Below are positions 27,701-38,786 of a DNA stretch of 64,000 nucleotides, one piece after another. A model generated the notes under the pieces. That model was not told the origin of the DNA. It saw only the letters and a list, made by a program, of their open reading frames with translations, and ran no database searches. The translations under genes were made by a program, and so were the position numbers. This DNA comes from Macrostomum lignano (Eukaryota): contig NIVC01001354.1 in assembly GCA_002269645.1 (NCBI GenBank), positions 36,147 to 100,146 on the forward strand, in the 5' to 3' direction. Every line of letters begins with the position of its first letter. Positions within the stretch are counted from its first letter, which is position 1.

Positions 27701-30417
27701 TTTGGTCTTTCTGCATGAAATTTGCACAGCTGTTTTACGCATGTCTCTGCTTTAAAAAGACACCTCAGACACACACAAAGACGCTTCACAAGCTGAGATA
27801 TTCCCTAGCAACTGTTGTTACGACGTTTCCCAATATACCAAATACTGTATATAGTAGTTTTTTGAGAAGCCGCTACATTGTCCCACTTTGGTCTTTCTGC
27901 ATAAAATTTGCACAGCTGTTTTACGCATGTCTCTGCTTTAAAAAGACACCTCAGACACACACAAAGACGCTTCACAAGCTGAGATATTCCCTAGCAACTG
28001 TTGTTACGACGTTTCCCAATATACCGAATACTGTATATAGTAGTTTTTTGAGAAGCTGCTACATCGTCCCACTTTGGTCTTTCTGCATGAAATTTGCACA
28101 GCTGTTTTACGCATGTCTCTGCTTTAAAAAGACACCTCAGACACACACAAAGACGCTTCACAAGCTGAGATATTCCCTAGCAACTGTTGTTACGACGTTT
28201 CCCAATATACCAAATACTGTATATAGTAGTTTTTTGAGAAGCCGCTACATTGTCCCACTTTGGTCTTTCTGCATAAAATTTGCACAGCTGTTTTACGCAT
28301 GTCTCTGCTTTAAAAAGACACCTCAGACACACACAAAGACGCTTCACAAGCTGAGATATTCCCTAGCAACTGTTGTTACGACGTTTCCCAATATACCGAA
28401 TACTGTATATAGTAGTTTTTTGAGAAGCCGCTACATCGTCCCACTTTGGTCTTTCTGCATGAAATTTGCACAGCTGTTTTACGCATGTCTCTGCTTTAAA
28501 AAGACACCTCAGACACACACAAAGACGCTTCACAAGCTGAGATATTCCCTAGCAACTGTTGTTACGACGTTTCCCAATATACCGAATACTGTATATAGTA
28601 GTTTTTTGAGAAGCCGCTACATCGTCCCACTTTGATCTTTCTGCATGAAATTTGCACAGCTGTTTTACGCATGTCTCTGCTTTAAAAAGACACCTCAGAC
28701 ACACACAAAGACGCTTCACAAGCTGAGATATTCCCTAGCAACTGTTGTTACGACGTTTCCCAATATACCGAATACTGTATATAGTAGTTTTTTGAGAAGC
28801 CGCTACATCGTCCCACTTTGATCTTTCTGCATGAAATTTGCACAGCTGTTTTACGCATGTCTCTGCTTTAAAAAGACACCTCAGACACACACAAAGACGC
28901 TTCACAAGCTGAGATATTCCCTAGCAACTGTTGTTACGACGTTTCCCAATATACCGAATACTGTATATAGTAGTTTTTTGAGAAGCCGCTACATCGTCCC
29001 ACTTTGGTCTTTCTGCATAAAATTTGCACAGCTGTTTTACGCATGTCTCTGCTTTAAAAAGACACCTCAGACACACACAAAGACGCTTCACAAGCTGAGA
29101 TATTCCCTAGCAACTGTTGTTACGACGTTTCCCAATATACCGAATACTGTATATAGTAGTTTTTTGAGAAGCCGCTACATCGTCCCACTTTGATTTTTCT
29201 GCATAAAATTTGCACAGCTGTTTTACGCATGTCTCTGCTTTAAAAAGACACCTCAGACACACACAAAGACGCTTCACAAGCTGAGATATTCCCTAGCAAC
29301 TGTTGTTACGATGTTTCCCAATATACCGAATACTGTATATAGTAGTTTTTTGAGAAGCCGCTACATCGTCCCACTTTGATCTTTCTGCATGAAATTTGCA
29401 CAGCTGTTTTACGCATGTCTCTGCTTTAAAAAGACACATCAGACACACACAAAGACGCTTCACAAGCTGAGATATTCCCTAGCAACTGTTGTTACGACGT
29501 TTCCCAATATACCAAATACTGTATATAGTAGTTTTTTGAGAAGCCGCTACATTGTCCCACTTTGGTCTTTCTGCATGAAATTTGCACAGCTGTTTTACGC
29601 ATGTCTCTGCTTTAAAAAGACACCTCAGACACACACAAAGACGCTTCACAAGCTGAGATATTCCCTAGCAACTGTTGTTACGACGTTTCCCAATATACCA
29701 AATACTGTATATAGTAGTTTTTTGAGAAGCCGCTACATCGTCCCACTTTGATTTTTCTGCATAAAATTTGCACAGCTGTTTTACGCATGTCTCTGCTTTA
29801 AAAAGACACCTCAGACACACACAAAGACGCTTCACAAGCTGAGATATTCCCTAGCAACTGTTGTTACGACGTTTCCCAATATACCGAATACTGTATATAG
29901 TAGTTTTTTGAGAAGCCACTACATCGTCCCACTTTGATCTTTCTGCATGAAATTTGCACAGCTGTTTTACGCATGTCTCTGCTTTAAAAAGACACCTCAG
30001 ACACACACAAAGACGCTTCACAAGCTGAGATATTCCCTAGCAACTGTTGTTACGATGTTTCCCAATATACCGAATACTGTATATAGTAGTTTTTTGAGAA
30101 GCCGCTACATCGTCCCACTTTGATCTTTCTGCATGAAATTTGCACAGCTGTTTTACGCATGTCTCTGCTTTAAAAAGACACCTCAGACACACACAAAGAC
30201 GCTTCACAAGCTGAGATATTCCCTAGCAACTGTTGTTACGACGTTTCCCAATATACCAAATACTGTATATAGTAGTTTTTTGAGAAGCCGCTACATTGTC
30301 CCACTTTGGTCTTTCTGCATGAAATTTGCACAGCTGTTTTACGCATGTCTCTGCTTTAAAAAGACACCTCAGACACACACAAAGACGCTTCACAAGCTGA
30401 GATATTCCCTAGCAACG
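24757..30417. repeat. 186-bp satellite, 30 full units plus a partial one (left arm of the foldback element)
   Basis: Marker ACGCATGTCTCTGC at 24761 and 30341 = exactly 30 x 186; units differ by only a few SNPs. Confidence 0.97.
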
Positions 30418-31020
30418 GTTGCCTGAAGGCATGCTCATATCTAACTTGCATTTGGACACCGGCATGGAATGTACGTTATACTTGTATTTGCCTTCTACCG
30501 ATCTGAAGCACTTTACTTTAGGCAGATCTATCAGCAATATTAACACTGTACAGGAGGCAGTTTTTCTTTATGTACATTCGTTGTCATTTTGCCATGTACA
30601 TTACGCAAGAGGCCTAACACAGAATATGCCTGCACCCTGTTTTGGTATATAATCTTTCTCACTAACAAGCTCATTTTGACAATATGGATGAATTGTCTTT
30701 GCTGACTACAATATCTCTATCTTATATTGGCAAGAGTACAAGCACTAGCATATTTTGGTACTTAATTCATCTGACAGTTTTTTTCGGCATGAGGTTGTCA
30801 ATATGCATTTTGGCTTTGTTCCTGGTCACCATCTCAATGAGTTTCCCTACCAAGGAAGAAGTAAGCATTTTTTTGGCTTTGTGATAGACTGACGTCTACG
30901 AATGGCTATATAGGCAAGGACCACTGTAGTGCGAGAAGAAGGACTCGGCACTCACGAACTACGGAAAAATTTTTGAAGGCTGATTTTCCGCAGGCTTCGT
31001 GTCTGACTACCAGTGCGCCA

Positions 31021-32624
31021 TTTTTGTGCAACCACATAAATTTGTGCTTTATTCATGCTTATTGCTCTGCTCATTTTTGATGCATGTTGTGCACGTAATT
31101 ACATGCATACATGTAATTTTTTCTATTAATTTTTTTTCAATAAATGGCTACAAGCACTAGACTTTCAAGATTTTCAAGTACGAGACACCTCGTGCAATAT
31201 GCCATAATTGCCATAAATTAATTGCCATAATTGCTTACTGAGAACCTCTCATCACAATGTATCACAGAAGAAATCAGCCAGCAGAAGTGAGCATGGAGGA
31301 CATCAATCGCTAATAGCACTGTGGAAGTGGAGGAAGTTGCTATCGATAACGAATTGCATTCACCGGAAATAGTCGAAATGTTTGTCATCCGATACCTCTC
31401 CTACTTTCCCTTATGGGCTGCCTGCGTCTGGAACCATGAATTCTTGGAAAGCCGCGTGAAGTCTCCTTTTTCAAATGCTCACATTGAGAGCTAGTTTAAG
31501 AGAATAAAATCCAAATTTCAGCTACCCGTCTCTGTCGCCGAGTTCTCGAAATTAACCGCAAGTTTCTGTCATGAAAGGATAAAGGAGGCGAAATTACTTC
31601 GGCAAGTTGCTCCACCACGATTTTGCCAACGAAAAAGGAAGGCCGCGGCGGAGACAGCTGATGGGGCTGAAGAAAGCTGGGGCAAAAAATGATGCAGATA
31701 CTCAAACAGTAGGCAGACACCACGAACAAAGTCACAGCCTCCCCCCTGTGAGTTTCCAAAATCGCCACTCGACTCTCAGCAACCGCCACGCGACTCTCAG
31801 CAACCGCCACGCGACTCTCAGCAACTGCCACGCGACTCTCAGCAACCGCCATGCGACTCTCAGCAACTGCCACGCGACTCTCAGCAACCGCCCAGCTCAA
31901 AAATTTCGGCTCTACGAGATGTAAGAGGAACGCCAATTTCAGAAGAGCAATTAGCATCACTCAATGGTACGAACTGGCTGGACTATGCGGTAAGAAATTT
32001 GTAGGAAGTGCTTTGCATCATAGCATTACGCTATGTACGTAATTTAATGTGTAGAAGGTATTAAAAATATTATCAGGTTGTGTACGGCTACTTGGCTGCA
32101 ATTGCTAGCGGAGCAGATGGAGTTGCTATGCAGCAGAGCGATTTTCTTTCCTTGCTAGACGGTGGTAGCAAAGGCTCTCAGCACATTGAATCTCTTTGGA
32201 ACTATTTCCTTGGTCGAGCGGTAAGCATAATGTGAAATTTTAACTTTTAATCTGATGTTGGTTTCACCATCAACCATTGCTACGAGTATAGTTGATATCC
32301 ACATGCAGAGGTGGAACAATCCTGCAACAATTCTATAATTCTGAAGAATTAATTATAAAAAATTTTAGACAGTGAAGAAAATTCTGGCTTGCAAGACCTT
32401 TTCTGCATCATTTTAGATTGAATGCCCCTCCTGCCTCTTTTGGTACCACAAAATCTGTTGGAACAGCTGGAAAAGCACGGCAAATGTTTGCTCCGATTGC
32501 GCCAGACTTGATGCATAAAATGCTGACTGTGTTGAATAAAGAAAGGGACAATGCAGTTATCGCGGATCAAGTCGGACGTGATATTTATGGGGTGTTTTAT
32601 GTTTCGTTGCACGAAATGTTTTGA
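31021..32624 (+). pseudogene. Decayed MULE/NOF-like transposase C-terminus fused to a Ulp1 (C48)-like protease domain
   Basis: One frame reads CSAHF (31063-31077), then from 31321 YLSYFPLWAAC..SNAHIES*FKRIK..EESWGKK*..(DSQQPPR)x6..ISEEQLASLNGTNWLDYA|GTAAGA; intron 31990-32076; exon 32077-32220 VVYGYLAAIA..|GTAAGC. Frameshifted relics NH(C/W)..IVDI, QFYNS and QVGRDIYGVF follow. Confidence 0.62.
31762..31892. repeat. 21-bp repeat x6 (CGCCACGCGACTCTCAGCAAC) encoding the in-frame DSQQPPR linker
   Basis: Direct repeats within the decayed transposase frame. Confidence 0.9.
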
Positions 32625-32724
32625 TGCTTATTTTCTGTAGTTTGATTCTCAGTTGCTGACGGGATTACCCCATCCTGAGTCGATAACATTAATTCTGTTC
32701 GATTTTACTAATGTGCACTGTGCA

Positions 32725-33196
32725 CTAATTTCATGCAGAAAGACCAAAGTGGGACGATGTAGCGGCTTCTCAAAAAACTACTATATACAGTATTCGGTAT
32801 ATTGGGAAACGTCGTAACAACAGTTGCTAGGGAATATCTCAGCTTGTGAAGCGTCTTTGTGTGTGTCTGAGGTGTCTTTTTAAAGCAGAGACATGCGTAA
32901 AACAGCTGTGCAAATTTTATGCAGAAAAATCAAAGTGGGACGATGTAGCGGCTTCTCAAAAAACTACTATATACAGTATTCGGTATATTGGGAAACGTCG
33001 TAACAACAGTTGCTAGGGAATATCTCAGCTTGTGAAGCGTCTTTGTGTGTGTCTGAGGTGTCTTTTTAAAGCAGAGACATGCGTAAAAGTTTCTATAAAT
33101 TCACAGTATCTTGCGTAATAAATAGACAATTTTGTTAAACATTTAATGAACAATTTCTGAATGTCTGTCTGAATGTCTGTCGGGAAATCAATACAT
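32725..33196. repeat. Right inverted arm of the foldback element (~2 x 186-bp units plus outer arm)
   Basis: Reverse complement of 24649-25120; GACATGCGT markers are 186 nt apart. Confidence 0.95.
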
Positions 33197-33765
33197 TTGC
33201 AGCTAGCCACTTTGGGTTTGCAAAAATGCATATTTTTAGACTTTTAAAATTAAACTCTACTAAAGACTTTAGCCTAGTATTGAGCAATTTCTTGGGACTT
33301 AGGCAAGACATAGGCCCCTATTCCTATATATATGGCATTATGGGAAAAAATTATTGAATATAGAATAGTCAAGTTTGAAGAAAAGCAGTTAAGCAATTTT
33401 TTCTAAAATCAATCATACACATGCATAGGCCTATATACACTTATAGCCATAGGCCCTATTTATAAACCATTTTAGTACATGGTCATGATTTATGGATGCT
33501 ACTTCCAACATTAGTTGTCAAAAATATTAGGAAATGATTTAGTTAGGGGCCTATCTTATCACCATCTAAGCATCTTTTTATACACTAAATTTAACGTTGT
33601 TTACTTAATATTTGTTAGACAAAATGATTGTAGGCCCAGAGTCCAGAGTCCAGACCAGACCATTTCATTTTTATCATTTTTCTATTAGTATTAGTATTAG
33701 GGCTTAGAATCTTAGATTATGCCTATAGAAACCAGAAACACTAGGCTAGCTAGGCCTATGAAGCT

Positions 33766-34063
33766 CATACATGCGCAACCTCTGAAATTCGGTCGGCCAT
33801 GCGACTTAGTTTTAACAAAAATGCGACGTAGTTTTTGGCCAAAAATGCGACTTACATGTAAAAAAACCCTAAAGCAAAATTAACGCAACTTTGGGTAAAC
33901 GGCAGGAGTAACTATGACTGTCTTATTAAGCCAAAATGCCTCGTCAGCTACTTAGTACTACTACTTAATTATTTTTTCGGGTGGGCATTTTTGCGACTTC
34001 CTTGGTTGGCCGCCAAATCGGTCGGCCGGATCGGCCGACTCGGCCGACTGTTGCGCATGTATG
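33766..34063. mobile_element. hAT-type MITE copy B (298 bp)
   Basis: Perfect 14-bp TIRs CATACATGCGCAAC / GTTGCGCATGTATG and an exact 8-bp TSD ATGAAGCT (33758-33765, 34064-34071); no coding capacity. Confidence 0.88.
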
Positions 34064-35932
34064 ATGAAGCTTAGCATAACAAAGAATTAAGCCAAGGTTG
34101 ACGACAGGCGAATGCAACTATACCACCATAAAAATGCGACCAATGCCAATAATGACGATGGCTAGCCTATAGCCTATAGGCAAAACTCAAAACTGGCAAA
34201 AAATTGGTCACAAAAAATAATGCGCTTAATATAAAGAGCTGTTAAGTGGATATCCTAACCTAGCTGCTAGCCTTAAACATCAATATTTAGTGCCAAAATA
34301 TAGCCCTATATAAACTGTTTATCAGTTTATGGTGTTCAGTCTCCGGCCGTACGTCAGTCAGTCATGAATCTATGAGTCTCGAATGTCGAATTCGCCATGA
34401 CCGTGTCTCCAAAATATACAATAAAAATGAGTCAAATTTTTATTCATTGCAGCGATGTTTTTAATTACTAAAAAATTTTTTATTACCATTTTTACACAAC
34501 TTCCTCATGAGAGTCTCTTTTACTTTGGTTTTACTTTATATTATCTAGTTTCTTCGTTAAAACTAACGTATCATATTTGAAATATTTGTACTAATCTGGC
34601 CTTTAACATAGCTAAAAATAGTTTACCATTTTTCGTCATTTCTCAAAATTTCAATGAAGCTGTTTTCCTTCATGCTGTAACTATTTTTTTCTCTATATCG
34701 TTGCTTTCGTATTCGCGCTTTCTCAATTGTTGCATTCAATTTTGTGATAGTATGTGCACACTGCGAAGTAGAATTAAACTTACATTGTACTTTTACAATG
34801 TAAGTCACCCTTGACCTTGCTACCTATTGTTAATGTAACTATATATTTATGTCTATAGCAACAGGTGCATGTGGCAAAAGCAAACTGTGTAATAGGAATG
34901 TCCTGAGATACACAATATGAGGAGGTATTATTAGACCGGAGCCTTCTGAGGAGATGTTGAGATCGAAACTCAGAGAGGGTTCAAGTGCTGTTTACCATGC
35001 AAATTGTTCAAAAACAGCGCTTCAGCGCTTCACCATACTCGATCTGAAACACTCGTATTTGTGTACGTTTCTCTACCGATCGCTGCTTGCATGCGTTACC
35101 GCTTCTGATGACCCGCGCTCCGAAGCTTCGCCCCAGCGCTACCCTGCGCTGCATGGCGCCGTGAGATGCTGCTGGGCCACTTCCTACGGACCCTGGACCG
35201 CGGAGCGCCGTCCCTCTGGCCCTGGCCCTGCTGCACCGGCCGACCGCGAGCAATTGCGCCGCGGCCACGCCCGCACTGCCACTCTGACTGACAGCTCATC
35301 GCAGACTTTCAGGCGCGCTTGCGCTGACCCTCAGCTGCTGCTGCTGCCGGCCCCTCCCGCCCGTTCTGCGAGCACGTGCGCGCAAAGGGGTCGTCTCCCC
35401 TTTGCGTCCTAATACATATATCTATATATATATAATATATGTGCTGTTTATCTATATATACACTGTATATCCGTATCCTTTTTTCACCATCTTCACCAGT
35501 TTTATATATGAAACATTATATATGTAGCGATTTCTTCGTTAAGACACTTGTAAAGTTTTCATAAGGCAACATGCGCTCTGCAGCGTATGAGTAAATAGCG
35601 CCCACTAGCGAGATGGCCTACTGGCGAGTACAGCAAAGAATAATTCAATGGAAATAGACAGCTTAAGATAAATGCTTGACTAATGTTTTAAAGGGCGGGT
35701 TGTCCACTGCAAACAATACAAAACAGAACGAACAATCCCAAGTTTGCACTTCAATTTGGGGGCTACATGTATAAAGAGAGTTAATTTCGAATCTCACTAT
35801 GAGAAATATTTTATAATTGCACAAGCTTAAAAACGTTCAAAAGAGTAATGAACCAGGAACCAGGAACTTCTGCAACATTTAACATCCGTTCGCTATGCAT
35901 TACGAGCGCATATAATTGACTTATTAAACTCT

Positions 35933-36457
35933 ATGGCACAGGTCTACGCCACAAACTTAGCCAAAATCCAAAAATCGACACTCCGAGAGAGTCCTGAGAG
36001 TCAGTTTGCAGCTATAGAATATGATATGAAAAAGTCCATCACAATGAAGGAGAGACAGCGCAGCAGAGAAGAGCAAACCATCCTGGGCTTGTCCATGCTC
36101 GGAGACAACACGTCCGTGGCCTCGGACTCTTTCATTTGCGACGGCTGGAAGACCAGACTGTTCCGGCGTTGTCGTCGACTTCACAGCAGCGTGATGCAGG
36201 TCAGCTTCCTGCAGAGCGCCTGGCTGGCTAACATTGCCAAGACCGTCCGGGTGTCCACCTGCCGACAGGAGCGCAGCATGTCCATCACGGAGCTGGCCTA
36301 CGCTGGCGTGGTCGGCGCCAACGTAGTCTTCGACGCCGAGACGTCGGCCAGCATCGCCAACAAGCTGGACGATGGGGGTGCCGCAGAGGACAATCGCGCT
36401 GGTGCCGATGACACTGCTGCTAAACAGAGTTCGGACAGCGCTGCTCAAAGTCAGTGA
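35933..36457 (+). CDS. Hypothetical protein (174-aa ORF, or the terminal exon of an unresolved gene)
   Basis: Non-repetitive ORF with strong GC3 bias in its 3' two-thirds (GTC AGC TTC CTG CAG AGC GCC TGG CTG...); possible acceptor GGCACAG| at 35940; AATAAA at 36540-36545. Family not recognised. Confidence 0.55.
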   Translation: MAQVYATNLAKIQKSTLRESPESQFAAIEYDMKKSITMKERQRSREEQTILGLSMLGDNTSVASDSFICDGWKTRLFRRCRRLHSSVMQVSFLQSAWLANIAKTVRVSTCRQERSMSITELAYAGVVGANVVFDAETSASIANKLDDGGAAEDNRAGADDTAAKQSSDSAAQSQ

Positions 36458-38786
36458 CGGTCTCCGAAGTCCTTTATAAACGAGCAGAAGAAATATTTTT
36501 ATACTTTTTGCTTAATAACTCTGCGATGGCTTTTATTTAAATAAAATGTAGTTCGATGTCTGGATTTTTTATTGTCTAATTTTCAGTCTCCTCGGTATCC
36601 CCGGTTTAAGAGCGCATGCGCACATTTTATTTGCTGTAATGGAAGCCGCAGCGACCACCGAAGGATCGAGGTTTGCTCCACCTGTCACTGAAGGCTGTCT
36701 CTCGTACAGATCAAGCGTTAGCCTCGAAGGCTGTTCCTGTTCACTTGACGCCACTACATGAAGACGCAAGTAACTTGGATCTTCTGCTCTAGAGATTCAA
36801 GGAAGCCGAACAGAAACTAGATTACAAGTCCAAAAAAGAACTCCCCGCAGTCCGGACTGATCCACTCAGTTGCGGTGGGCGTCGGCCTCGCAGTTAATGG
36901 CCTACAGAGACATCCCGGCGCGCCTTTGAGCGAATTAGCTAACCGACGAGAAGACGTGCAGCTGCAAGACAGCGCGAAGAAAATTTTGCAAATGGATGCC
37001 ATTGAGAAATCAGGCCTGACAGCTTTTCATATATCGCGCCTCCTGCGTAGCTGTAGTTATGCGAGCGGCCGGGAGGGTGCAGCGCCCTTCATTCTTAGCG
37101 AACTGCCTGCCCGCACCAGCACGTGCAGCTGCGTGGACCTCCCGCCGAGAGACAGCTGGATAGCCAGCAGAGTGCAAAGCTTTGGCAGCGCATCGAGCTG
37201 AATTACCGCCCGCTAACTACCTGCTAGCGCCAACGCAAGTTTCCCAGTCAAGATGAGTGGCGTGGCGCGGTGGCTGACCAGGCAGCACCCTGGCAAAAAA
37301 GAACTTTCCCATTGCCAATGAAAGCAAACGGACTGACCCGTACCGGCTGAACAGGCAAAGATATGGCGATTGAAAATCTGCATTGGATATGAAGTGATAG
37401 AGTGATCCACAGTGATTGCCAGTACTGAGGGGGGCGATTCCCCAAGCTGCGCGCTGATTGGCCAGAGCTGATAACGGCAGAGCTCCTGTAGATAAACGCA
37501 GATCGTTCTGGTTGGGAAGGCATCGGCAAAATTTTGCACCTGTCTGTTCGGCAGAAAAGTTAACTAAGGAAGCAAAAGAAGCAGTTGCTCTCGTTTGTTT
37601 GCTCTTCTTAACAACGCGAAAGCTTCAAAGGTGAGTTCGCTGCTAAAGAATTTTCTGCTTTTCAAACTTTTAATTTCCTTCTACAAGTGCCGTGATGCGG
37701 AAGGCGCTGCTGCTGACGCTGCCTAACAGGCGAGGACAGGCGCGCTACGTATGCAATCAAGGCTTGAAGCTATTTGAAGCAGTTGGACATAATTATAGAT
37801 TCAGAAGCTTATGACCTGGTGGTGCAGCAGCAAGAAAATAGTTGCAGAGAACCTGCTCCCGTCCAGCCCACAGCCAGCCCCAGCTGCTCAGGATAAAAAA
37901 TCGATTTGAACCAGAATCCCCCCTTAGCCTCACTCGTTAATGAGGCAAATTTGCCGAGCTCGCTCTTCGGATTTCCTCCAAACTTTTTTCTCCGCCAGCG
38001 AGGCGCCGCCAGGCTGCAGATCGAGTTTCATCGTCTTTCTCGCCGCGATTTCCCAGAGTGGTAGGACGAACTTTTAAGTTGGTCTGCTGACGGGCAGCTC
38101 CGAAGTCCGCTTCCGTTTCTTTTGTGTAACCGGCGCCGGCCGCCGCCTCCTTTAGCGGTTTTTTCAAGTGGGCCGCGCCAGTTGAGGAGAGAATACTCGT
38201 GTACACGTAAAATGGTGGATGGTCATAAATTATCGAACCGAATGGACTATGGCTATTAGTGCTTTTCGACAGCTCAGGTAAAACCGGAGCCTGAACTCAT
38301 GAATGGGGCCCGCCGGGAATTTAAAGTGGCAAAAACGGTGTGCCAGACAATACAGACTGGCCATACTGTGGTCAAGATGCGCATTCTGGCAGAACTATTC
38401 GGTAAGAATCAATAATAACCCGGGAGGATCTCTCGCAAAGGATGCCGGCAGCCTCATTAATCACACAGTAGCGTTGGCGAAGCCACTTTTTGCAGAGGCC
38501 GATGCAGCCGATGCAGCCGCTGCCCCAGGCAACACAGAATTATCGCGAAGACACGCTGAAGGGGGGCTTGAGACACGTATAGTTATGAATGTATATGCAG
38601 AAATGATTCCCATCTCCAGCATTTATTGCCCCACTGCATGCCCTCTCGAGGTCGGCGAGAGAGGCTTTTTGGGGGTGCGGAAACAAGGGGCTTTGATCTT
38701 CTATGAAGAGGCAGCCGCATTGGTAATAAATTGGGCCGGCAATCCTATTGATACAACAACCATAAAAATTCTCCACAGAACCGCCC

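Larger units (their letters stand above)
24649..33196. mobile_element. Foldback-type Mutator-like (FB-NOF/Phantom-like) DNA transposon, 8548 bp
   Basis: Exact 9-bp direct flanks TTGCAGCTA (24640-24648, 33197-33205); termini ATGTATTGATTTCCCGACAG... / ...CTGTCGGGAAATCAATACAT; a ~110-bp unique outer arm then 186-bp tandem units in inverted orientation at both ends; decayed transposase/Ulp1 frame inside. Confidence 0.88.

Noticed and set aside
24886-30426. 62-aa repeat protein ORFs (MKFAQLFYACLCFKK...)
   Set aside because: The unit length is a multiple of 3 by chance, a TGG/TGA SNP breaks the frame at random, and the units are TIR components with no recognisable domain.
30420-30890. Minus-strand CRHILC*ASC RING-like relic in the transposon loop
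   Set aside because: The Cys spacing is wrong, it has multiple stops, and there is no supporting splice structure.
23374-34063. The two MITE copies as termini of one 10.7-kb composite transposon
   Set aside because: Each copy has its own complete TIR pair, and copy B has its own perfect TSD; no TSD is shared across the outer ends.
37630-37820. Short GT-AG intron and 39-aa ORF upstream of the GPCR
   Set aside because: It may be 5'UTR structure, but no coding signature or link to a gene can be shown from sequence alone.
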